From: an uncultured Candidatus Saccharibacteria bacterium
Lineage (GTDB): Bacteria; Patescibacteriota; Minisyncoccia; Phycocordibacterales; PALSA-1337
DNA length: 53,691 nt
Direction of reading: 5' to 3'
Assembly: GCA_964367745.1 (NCBI GenBank)
Contig: CAYIYK010000005.1
Coordinates: 1-53,691, forward strand
A program made the translations under genes and the position numbers. Below, one piece after another: positions 1-6,818 of this stretch. The notes beneath the pieces are model-generated. The model worked only from the letters and a program-made list of their open reading frames with translations, ran no database searches and was not told the origin of the DNA. Position 1 is the stretch's first letter, and the number at the start of each line of letters is the position of its first letter.

Positions 1-71
1 GCGGGGCTAGTTTAATGGTAGAATAGAAGTTTTCCAAACTTTTGGTGGGAGTTCGATTCTCCCGCCCCGCA
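1..71 (+). tRNA. tRNA-Gly (anticodon UCC)
   Basis: Hand-folded cloverleaf: acceptor GCGGGGC/GCCCCGC, D arm GTTT-AATGGTA-GAAT, anticodon stem GAAGT/ACTTT with loop TT-TCC-AA, T arm GGGAG-TTCGATT-CTCCC, discriminator A. CCA is not encoded. Confidence 0.9.
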
Positions 72-84
72 CAGAATAGGTAGG

Positions 85-164
85 TATAGATGTGAGCAGG
101 ACGTAACTTTATAAAGTTCTTGGTTTTTGACTAACTTTATAAAGTTTGCCTATACGCATCTATA
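85..164. repeat. Imperfect ~80-bp dyad with two copies of a self-complementary 14-mer; function unknown
   Basis: AACTTTATAAAGTT occurs at 105-118 and 133-146 and is its own reverse complement. It is flanked by TATAGATG (85-92) and CATCTATA (157-164). Confidence 0.6.
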
Positions 165-295
165 TAAAGCGCAGACTAAGGAGGATTATATTCCACTAGA
201 GCATTTTGTTTATGAAGGAATTGTAGATGGATTTAGGGTTTTGGAGAGGAAGGGGATGGGTAGGTAGAAAATGAGACGCACAGACGTTTTTAAGT

Positions 296-1030
296 TTACT
301 TAATAGATTTCTCTACAAGATCAAAAATTTGTTTTATTGAGTCAGAAATTCTTCGATTCTCAATAATGACCGCTTTCAATTCATGTCCGTCTACTATTCT
401 GACAAAATCATCACAAGCTTCAATTGAAATTTCTGAAGAATAGTCTTGTTCAGAAATAAATTTCATATTTCCGTAAATCTTAGGAAACTGTTTAAAATAT
501 TCCACTGAAGTTTCATCTTTGGGAGTTATTACCTTGATATCTATATCCAGTTTTTCATATTTTTTATTCCACCCTTTGTAGATATCAAGAGTTGTTGCTG
601 GCAGTGTTTTATTTCTTGCCCAAAAAGCTACAAGTTTTTTCCCTTTTAATTTATTTATTTTATATGCAATTGCTTCTTTCATACCCTCCATTCCTTCATA
701 ATAAAAAGTCTTCGTAGTCTTCGACGGTTGATTTATTGAGAGGAGTTTGGGTAAAGCACGCTCGAAGCTATTTATATTACTCACAGCTTGTTCATAGAGT
801 TCATCTGGTCTTTTTGCTTGGAATATAGTCTTCTTTGCATGAGGAATTTTTAGTACAAGTCCCTTTTTACGAAGCTCATCAAGGATGATATATGTGGTTG
901 GACGCTTAATCTCAGCTTTGTCGGCTATATCTGATACTGAAGCAGAGCCAAGACTCAATAGGGAAAGATATATTTTTGATTCCTTTTTCGAAAGGCCTAT
1001 TTTTTGAAGGGATTCTAGTAAATTATCCAT
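296..1030 (-). CDS. TrmB-family transcriptional regulator
   Basis: 244-aa ORF with ATG start. The N-terminal winged HTH (LQKIGLSKKESKIYLSLLSLGSASVSDIADKAEIKRPTTYIILDELRKKGLV) matches the TrmB pattern. Confidence 0.75.
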   Translation of the reverse strand: MDNLLESLQKIGLSKKESKIYLSLLSLGSASVSDIADKAEIKRPTTYIILDELRKKGLVLKIPHAKKTIFQAKRPDELYEQAVSNINSFERALPKLLSINQPSKTTKTFYYEGMEGMKEAIAYKINKLKGKKLVAFWARNKTLPATTLDIYKGWNKKYEKLDIDIKVITPKDETSVEYFKQFPKIYGNMKFISEQDYSSEISIEACDDFVRIVDGHELKAVIIENRRISDSIKQIFDLVEKSIK

Positions 1031-1053
1031 TTTTATATGCTATCAAAAGACAT

Positions 1054-1082
1054 AATAGTTGTCAATATTTCTGACAACTATT
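1054..1082. promoter_or_regulatory. Candidate operator: perfect 11-bp inverted repeat with 7-bp spacer
   Basis: AATAGTTGTCA (1054-1064) - ATATTTC - TGACAACTATT (1072-1082). It lies 24 bp upstream of the TrmB start codon, inside the divergent intergenic region. Confidence 0.45.
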
Positions 1083-1152
1083 AATTTATATTAAAATAAT
1101 GGCTTAAATTAGCCATATTTGTACTATATTTTATCAATTATCTTGATGATTT

Positions 1153-1181
1153 TTGACTAGAATTGAATTAATACATATAGT
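1153..1181 (+). promoter_or_regulatory. Sigma70-like promoter for the 1243-3200 cassette
   Basis: TTGACT (1153-1158), 17-nt spacer, TATAGT (1176-1181). About 60 nt upstream of the ATG at 1243. Confidence 0.5.
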
Positions 1182-1242
1182 ATTGCCAGACAAAAGCAGA
1201 CCTTGAAAACAACATAAGAGCAAGATCACTACCGAAACTACC

Positions 1243-1623
1243 ATGAATAAAACCACTGAAGTAGACGTCACTATGACCGAAGCAACTGAAAAGTTACTTG
1301 TTGGACCAAACTCAAATATTCGAGGATATGTCCTAGTCGACAATTGGGAAAATCGCAGGAGGATAGTAATTCTGCCAAACCGGGTCACACTTGAGGTCTA
1401 CAGAAAATCTTGTGCCTGCAGTAAATGTTTAAGTCGAGCAAAATATATTACTAGTGCTTTAGCATCCACGTCTAACTCGAAGATGGATCCAGGATGGATT
1501 GATACTGAGGGAAGCATCTGGATAACTTTCAATAAGAGTTCAGATGTTGACGGTTTAAAGTACACGAAAGACAAGCTAAAGTTCTCAAGTTTGGAGTTTG
1601 TTGAATCTGAACTTACAAGCTGA
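1243..1623 (+). CDS. Hypothetical protein (126 aa), first gene of the ribozyme-punctuated cassette
   Basis: ORF with ATG start and TGA stop. No motif recognised and the RBS is weak. The stop is followed by a GC hairpin and a hammerhead. Confidence 0.5.
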   Translation: MNKTTEVDVTMTEATEKLLVGPNSNIRGYVLVDNWENRRRIVILPNRVTLEVYRKSCACSKCLSRAKYITSALASTSNSKMDPGWIDTEGSIWITFNKSSDVDGLKYTKDKLKFSSLEFVESELTS

Positions 1624-1652
1624 GAAGTTTTAACAAAGGGGCCTAAAAACCC

Positions 1653-1707
1653 CTCCTGTAGCGAGATGCGTATCTCGCCTGATGAGTCCGAAAGGATGAA
1701 ACAGAGC
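1653..1707 (+). ncRNA. Hammerhead ribozyme, type III topology (copy 1)
   Basis: Stem III 5' strand is CTC(C)TG, then U16.1 and A17, with predicted cleavage after A1660. Stem I is GCGAGAT-GCGT-ATCTCGC (1661-1678). CTGATGA is at 1679-1685. Stem II is GTCC-GAAA-GGAT (1686-1697). GAAA is at 1698-1701, and the stem III 3' strand is CAGAG. Confidence 0.8.
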
Positions 1708-1737
1708 TCTTCACAACAAAAAAGTTAAAGGAAACAC

Positions 1738-2271
1738 ATGACGACAATCGATGCGGGCACCTTGGCTGGAATTATTAGTTCAGTATTCAAAGCCCATCAC
1801 GCTTACGCGAAAAAGGGATCGAAAAGGTTTAGAAAATGGGATGGTAAGACACCATATGGAATACACCCTACTTGGAGTGCTTTAACCCTTTTGACCGAAA
1901 CAACCCTTGATGAATGGACTCGGACTGTAGGTGTGTGGACTTTACTGAACCACGACCTACTCGAGGATACTTCCGCAAGTCTCATTTTGCCAAAAGACGA
2001 AAGGTTGAGGGCTAAGATCACTACCAACGTAAAGGATATGTCCAAAAAACCTGGCGAAAGTAAGGATGAAGAGTTTTGGAGATTAATAAATAGTAATAAT
2101 GAAATAATACTCTTCACACTTTACGATAAGGTGTCGAACCTGCTCGATGGGGCATGGATGGATGATGTTACGAAAACCATGTACACCAGTTATGTTCGCG
2201 TACTTGCTGACAACGCATTCAAGATCTACGGAGACTTGAACATAGTCAAGATTGCGAGGTCAATCATTTGA
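1738..2271 (+). CDS. Small alarmone hydrolase-like HD protein (Mesh1/SpoT hydrolase family)
   Basis: 177 aa with RBS AAAGGAAA upstream. Motifs: GKTPYGIHP (H43), LLNHDLLEDT (H72-D73, E76-D77) and LYDKVSNLLD (D130, N134). These parallel Mesh1 TPYINHP / ALLHDTVEDT / LADKLYNLRD. Confidence 0.7.
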   Translation: MTTIDAGTLAGIISSVFKAHHAYAKKGSKRFRKWDGKTPYGIHPTWSALTLLTETTLDEWTRTVGVWTLLNHDLLEDTSASLILPKDERLRAKITTNVKDMSKKPGESKDEEFWRLINSNNEIILFTLYDKVSNLLDGAWMDDVTKTMYTSYVRVLADNAFKIYGDLNIVKIARSII

Positions 2272-2291
2272 ATCATGGGGTCAAGTGACCC

Positions 2292-2344
2292 CTCTGTAGC
2301 GAGATGTGTATCTCGCCTGATGAGTCCAAAACGACGAAACAGAG
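2292..2344 (+). ncRNA. Hammerhead ribozyme, type III topology (copy 2)
   Basis: Stem III is CTCTGT/ACAGAG, 6 bp including A15.1-U16.1, with predicted cleavage after A2298. Stem I is GCGAGAT-GTGT-ATCTCGC (2299-2316). CTGATGA is at 2317-2323. Stem II is GTC-CAAAAC-GAC (2324-2335). GAAA is at 2336-2339. Confidence 0.8.
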
Positions 2345-2369
2345 TAGTACATTGAAAATCAAATAAAAT

Positions 2370-3200
2370 ATGAGCAACCACATCGCATCACTCTATTTAA
2401 CAGATGAAAAAATTGTCGAAACGACTACTATGTTGGAACAACTTCAACAACAAAGACAAAAGATACTCACAACTATGGATATTTCAGATGCAGTCTTCTT
2501 GTTAAATGAAGGTAGAAAACCAGAAGATTGCTTACAAACTGAGAATGTTCAAGTTAGAGATGAGTATAAAATACGTCAAGCTGTACTTGTCTACACACCA
2601 GGAGAGTACAAGGTTGGATTTCTACTCAGACCATCCCCAGTCCCTTCTCTTGTATCGGAGGGTATATTTCAAGGCGAAATTCGTGGACTCTATTTTATTA
2701 ACAATAAAACACAGACACTCGGATATGGGCTTGAGACACCAAGCTACAACAAATATGAAACTAATCGAGAATTAGAAACGGTGTGTATAAGATTAAGCAT
2801 CAATCTAATTGTTGGGTATGAGGTGTGTATCACACACTCCAAAAATCCTACATTGGAAGTTATCTCAACGAACGAGAAAGAATCAACTGAGGAATTATTT
2901 AGTAGAATCAATATACACCTCCGGCACAATCTTTCTGGTAGAAGGATTGAAAGCTTCCTCGCAGGCATCTCACTCTTTGGTTCAAAGAATGAACCAAAAT
3001 CTCCTGGAGATCATAATAGGCTTTTACGCAAATGCATCTCTATTTCGTTGCTTGACGGTAAGATATACGAACTGGAAGGTGTGCTTAATAGAAAAGAATT
3101 ATTTCCTGATTCAACTCATGAACCTACAACATGGTATGAGAGGGCAGAAGATCGCTATGACGCAAGAAAAAATTTTGATCATAGTGATGGCGACGGTTAA
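2370..3200 (+). CDS. Hypothetical protein (276 aa), third gene of the cassette
   Basis: Longest ORF in the region, starting 26 nt after hammerhead copy 2. No recognisable motif. A terminator follows. Confidence 0.55.
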   Translation: MSNHIASLYLTDEKIVETTTMLEQLQQQRQKILTTMDISDAVFLLNEGRKPEDCLQTENVQVRDEYKIRQAVLVYTPGEYKVGFLLRPSPVPSLVSEGIFQGEIRGLYFINNKTQTLGYGLETPSYNKYETNRELETVCIRLSINLIVGYEVCITHSKNPTLEVISTNEKESTEELFSRINIHLRHNLSGRRIESFLAGISLFGSKNEPKSPGDHNRLLRKCISISLLDGKIYELEGVLNRKELFPDSTHEPTTWYERAEDRYDARKNFDHSDGDG

Positions 3201-3236
3201 ACTGAGCTTGATTCAAAATCTTGAGATTTCAACAAC

Positions 3237-3276
3237 GGGCACACGGCCTTCTATGGTACGGTGCCCTATCTTTTTT
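3237..3276 (+). terminator. Rho-independent terminator of the cassette
   Basis: GGGCAC(A)CG ... CGGTGCCC hairpin followed by TATCTTTTTT. Confidence 0.6.
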
Positions 3277-3285
3277 ATAAAACAA

Positions 3286-3310
3286 AAAACCACATAATGA
3301 TTGTGGTTTT
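3286..3310. terminator. Bidirectional hairpin terminator (serves hup on the minus strand)
   Basis: AAAACCACA-TAATGAT-TGTGGTTTT, with A-run and T-run flanks. Confidence 0.6.
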
Positions 3311-3355
3311 CTGTTTAAGAGCTCGATCGAGCCTTTATATATAACTAACTTAATC

Positions 3356-3628
3356 CTATTTTACTGCATCCTTTAGACCCTTTGCTGCTCTAAACTTAGG
3401 AACCTTCATAGCTGGAACCTTGATAGCTTCTCCAGTTCGAGGATTTCTAGCTTCTCGAGCTGCTCTCTGTTTTACAGAGAATATACCTAGACCTGCTATT
3501 GAAACTTCCTCACCTTTCTTTAGAGAATCGATGATAGAGTTTATCATCATGTCTACAGCTTGTTCAGCTTGGACTTTAGTTCCTCCTAGTACACCGTGCA
3601 CTGCATCTACGATTGATGCTTTATTCAT
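3356..3628 (-). CDS. hup: DNA-binding protein HU
   Basis: 90 aa. MNKASIVDAV...GLGIFSVKQRAAREARNPRTGEAIKVPAMKVPKFRAAKGLKDAV is the typical HU/IHF fold signature. Confidence 0.92.
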   Translation of the reverse strand: MNKASIVDAVHGVLGGTKVQAEQAVDMMINSIIDSLKKGEEVSIAGLGIFSVKQRAAREARNPRTGEAIKVPAMKVPKFRAAKGLKDAVK

Positions 3629-3724
3629 ATTTTTTAGTAAGCATTAATTAATAATGTTTTCTAACCTCCATATAATTATATAATATGAAGCTTTTTAAGC
3701 AATAGAGCTAAAACTAGACACTTA

Positions 3725-5254
3725 TTATCTTGCGAAGTCAACTACACGTGTTTCTCGTATGATTGTAACCTTTATTTCACCTGGGTACTTTAGGTCCTTT
3801 TCTATCTTTAAAGCTATATCCCTAGCCATATTTTTCGCTTCGAGATCCGTGATTTTCTCTGGAGTAACGAAAATTCTGATTTCCCTACCTGCTTGTAGGG
3901 CATATGACTTTTCCACACCTGTGAAGTTATTTGCTATTGCTTCGAGGTCTCCAAGTCGTTTCAAATAGTTTTCGATACTGTCATGTCTTGCACCTGGACG
4001 TGCTCCAGAAATAGCGTCAGCAGTCTGAACTATACGTGACTCAACAGTTTCATAAGGGTATTCTTCATGATGAGCTTGCATTGCTTTTACTATTTCTTCA
4101 TTTGCACCAAACTTTTGAAGAATTCTTCTTCCTATCTCTACATGTGAACCTGAAACTTCATGATCTAGGGCTTTGCCTAGGTCGTGGAGAAGGGCACCAG
4201 CCTTTGCAACAGCGACATTTGCTCCTATTTCTTCAGCAATCATACCTGCTATATGTGCCATTTCTATTGAATGTTGAAGAACATTCTGTCCATAACTAGT
4301 TCTAAAGTGTAATCTTCCTAGTATTAGGATGATTCTTGGATCAAGGCCAACTACACCGCATTCATATGCAGCTTGTTCTCCTTTTTCCTTTATTGTCTTA
4401 TTTATACCTGCTTGAGCTTCTTGAACCATCTTTTCGATCTTTGCAGGTTGTATTCTTCCATCCTTTATCAATTCTTCTAGAGCAACCCTTGCTACATGTC
4501 TTCGTACTGGATCAAAAGAAGAGATGGTGATAGTTCCTGGTGTATCGTCTATAATTACTTCAACACCTGTCATTCTCTCGAATGTCTTTATATTTCTACC
4601 TTCTTTACCTATTATCTTTCCTTTTATCTCATCATTTGGAATAGTTACTGATGTAGACATTACATCTGAAGCAACAGAATTTGCTAGTCTTTGTATTGAT
4701 GTCGCAAGAATATCCTGAGCTTTTTTCTCAAGTACTTCTTCACCGTTTTGCTCAAGCTTTTTGATTCTAATCAATAAGTCTTCTTCACTATTCTTCTCTA
4801 TAGTATTTATTAGAAGCTGTTTGGCCTCCTCAGTAGTCATCTTGGCTACTTTTTGAAGGGTTTCTGCTTTCTCTTTTTCTATATTTTCAGCTTTTTCTTT
4901 TATAAGCCTAATCTCAGCCACTTTTTCTTTTATGGCTTCGATTTCTTTGTCTATATCTGTCTGCCTCTTGTCTAGCAAATCCTCCTTCTTGATCAATCTA
5001 GACTCAGTTTGCTGTATCTTGTCTTCCTTTTCTTTTATCTCTACTCTCGCTTCTTCTAATATTTTCTTTGATTTTGTATCTGCTTCTGTGGTAATTTTCT
5101 TCGCTTCTTCCTTTGCAGTTAGAAGCATTTCCTTTATTTCAAGCTCCATTGACCCCTTTTTACCCAAAGAGATAATGAGTCTCAAGTAGTAACCGATTGC
5201 TACACCGGCAATACCTGCAATGCTCAAAAGTAAAGCTACTAATTTTAATGACAT
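3725..5254 (-). CDS. rny: Ribonuclease Y
   Basis: 509 aa with an N-terminal TM helix, a Lys/Glu coiled coil, a KH domain (GKIIGKEGRNIKTFE) and an HD domain (LLHDLGKA). Confidence 0.92.
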   Translation of the reverse strand: MSLKLVALLLSIAGIAGVAIGYYLRLIISLGKKGSMELEIKEMLLTAKEEAKKITTEADTKSKKILEEARVEIKEKEDKIQQTESRLIKKEDLLDKRQTDIDKEIEAIKEKVAEIRLIKEKAENIEKEKAETLQKVAKMTTEEAKQLLINTIEKNSEEDLLIRIKKLEQNGEEVLEKKAQDILATSIQRLANSVASDVMSTSVTIPNDEIKGKIIGKEGRNIKTFERMTGVEVIIDDTPGTITISSFDPVRRHVARVALEELIKDGRIQPAKIEKMVQEAQAGINKTIKEKGEQAAYECGVVGLDPRIILILGRLHFRTSYGQNVLQHSIEMAHIAGMIAEEIGANVAVAKAGALLHDLGKALDHEVSGSHVEIGRRILQKFGANEEIVKAMQAHHEEYPYETVESRIVQTADAISGARPGARHDSIENYLKRLGDLEAIANNFTGVEKSYALQAGREIRIFVTPEKITDLEAKNMARDIALKIEKDLKYPGEIKVTIIRETRVVDFAR

Positions 5255-5399
5255 ATGCGAATATCGATTCGCCTTTCAGAACTTAACTTTGTGTATTCAG
5301 TAAACTTCTTTCGTTATTTGGAATGATCATGACACGTCGTTTCAGCCTCTTTTGAGGAATCGAAAAATTAAATTTGATAACGGCCTCACTGTATCACGA

Positions 5400-5969
5400 T
5401 TAAAGAATCTTGTCGATGATACCGTATTTTCGAGCTTCTTCTGAATCCATAAAGAAGTTTCTGTCTACATCTTTTTCAATCTTAGTTATTGGTTGACCAG
5501 TATTTTTTGAAAGCATTTTATTTAGACCTTCTCGAGTTTTCAATATATGCTTAGCACTGATTTCAATATCTGATGCTTGTCCTTCAGCTCCACCAAGTGG
5601 TTGATGAATCATCACTTCAGAATTTGGTAAAGCAAATCTCTTTCCTTTTTTTCCAGATGAAAGGATAAGCGCACCCATTGATGCAGCTACACCAACACAG
5701 ACTGTTGATACATCATTTTTAATATTGTTCATTGTATCTATGATTGCTAGTCCTGCTGTAACAACACCTCCAGGTGAGTTTACATAAAGTGTAATATCTT
5801 TCTTTGGATCTTCCGCCTGTAAGAATAGAAGTTGAGCAATGATGATGTTTGCTACATGGTCATCTATCGGTCCAGCAAGGAAAATAATGTTTTCTTTTAA
5901 TAATCTTGAATATATATCATAAGCCCTTTCGCCCATGCTTGTTTTCTCTATTACGGTTGGTATTAACAT
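5400..5969 (-). CDS. clpP: ATP-dependent Clp protease proteolytic subunit
   Basis: 189 aa. [21 protein letters not shown], catalytic GVAASMGA and MIHQPLGG. Confidence 0.95.
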   Translation of the reverse strand: MLIPTVIEKTSMGERAYDIYSRLLKENIIFLAGPIDDHVANIIIAQLLFLQAEDPKKDITLYVNSPGGVVTAGLAIIDTMNNIKNDVSTVCVGVAASMGALILSSGKKGKRFALPNSEVMIHQPLGGAEGQASDIEISAKHILKTREGLNKMLSKNTGQPITKIEKDVDRNFFMDSEEARKYGIIDKIL

Positions 5970-6127
5970 GTTTTTTATAGAGGTTTTACCCTCAAATTAA
6001 TTGTAAGATTTCATGATACCTTATGTCTAGTTTTTCGCAACTAAAATGTTATTTGACGAAAATAAAACATATTTTGACTTGCTAATCTATATTTGTTAAC
6101 TTTACTCTAGAAACGAAAGGAAACCAT

Positions 6128-6739
6128 ATGAATTATCGTGCAGTGGGACAAAGGTGTGCAGTTGATATCGATTCATTAGATCTAGAAATTACGAGTGATG
6201 AAGCAGTACTGATACTGCTTAATAACGGTTTTAAAATTGTTCATGTTGATATTGTTGAATTGGCTCGCGAATGTATTGGCGCATCAAAGTATCGACGAGG
6301 TGCTAGACCAGATGAAGCTCCAGAAGTCTTTGATTGCTCATCTTTTATCAAGTGGCTTTATGGACAGTGTGGTATTTGGTTGCCACGTCGCTCTATCCAA
6401 CAGATGAGTCTTGGAGAAAAGATTGAAATGGATTCAATATGTGCTGGAGATGTTGTCTTTGTTTCTGGAGTGATTGATTATTACCACGATGATCCTACTA
6501 AGGGTGTCGGTCATGTGGGTATCGCTAGTTCCTCCAATACAGTTATTCACGCAGCAAATGGAAAAATTGGAGTGGCCGAAATTCCTCTAGATAAATTTAT
6601 CGGCGAAGACAAATTTCGTGGTGTAAGGAGATACGTTCCTGATAATCGTAGAATTTTAACATTCAAGACACCGGCGGATAGACATGTTGAAATTGAAGAT
6701 GATTTTAGATGGATTATACTCCAATCTCTTCCGAAATAG
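6128..6739 (+). CDS. NlpC/P60 (C40) family cysteine peptidase-like protein, no signal peptide
   Basis: FDCSSFIKWLY (catalytic Cys), GHVGI (His), VIHAAN. No N-terminal hydrophobic segment. Confidence 0.7.
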   Translation: MNYRAVGQRCAVDIDSLDLEITSDEAVLILLNNGFKIVHVDIVELARECIGASKYRRGARPDEAPEVFDCSSFIKWLYGQCGIWLPRRSIQQMSLGEKIEMDSICAGDVVFVSGVIDYYHDDPTKGVGHVGIASSSNTVIHAANGKIGVAEIPLDKFIGEDKFRGVRRYVPDNRRILTFKTPADRHVEIEDDFRWIILQSLPK

Positions 6740-6749
6740 TAAATAACAA

Positions 6750-6792
6750 AAGAACTCTCGCTTCAAACCATGATGCAAGAGTTCTTTCTTTT
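6750..6792 (+). terminator. Rho-independent terminator
   Basis: AAGAACTCT (6750-6758) pairs with AGAGTTCTT (6778-6786), followed by TCTTTT. Confidence 0.5.
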
Positions 6793-6818
6793 AATATAAG
6801 AAGATATATAATAGTTTC

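Noticed and set aside
1141-1242. Possible third hammerhead upstream of the first cassette ORF (CTTGATGAT at about 1142 and CGAAAC at about 1233)
   Set aside because: The core is CUUGAUGA rather than CUGAUGA. The spacing is about 90 nt, and I could not draw stems I-III or a cleavage triplet.
1134-1388. 84-aa minus-strand ORF overlapping the cassette promoter and the start of ORF 1243-1623
   Set aside because: It is a hydrophobic, low-complexity shadow ORF. It is antisense to a better-supported promoter and ORF, and would have no upstream space of its own.
2809-3297. 162-aa + strand ORF overlapping the 3' half of ORF 2370-3200 in another frame (and the 2506-2775 ORF likewise)
   Set aside because: It is shorter than the overlapping frame, runs straight through both terminator hairpins, and has no RBS or ribozyme context.
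3200-3360. Looked for a direct repeat of the tRNA-Gly 3' end (att-like duplication) at the far side of the cassette
   Set aside because: No match to GGAGTTCGATTCTCCCGCCCCGC or a substantial part of it was seen by eye. No integrase gene is present. The island claim is therefore left as compositional only.
3759-5189. Several 60-90-aa + strand ORFs antisense to rny. Similar antisense ORFs occur within tig, nusA, the giant gene, pilB, recJ (33605-34171), the histidine kinases and the last partial gene (53200-53475).
   Set aside because: They are wholly embedded antisense to strongly supported conserved genes, and their translations are low-complexity. These are typical shadow ORFs of AT-rich coding DNA.
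5255-5399. Structured-looking clpP-rny intergenic region (hairpins GCGAAT-ATCG-ATTCGC and CCTC-AAAA-GAGG) considered as a riboswitch or ribozyme
   Set aside because: No conserved core of any riboswitch or ribozyme class I know was found. It is most simply a terminator or 5'-UTR structure.
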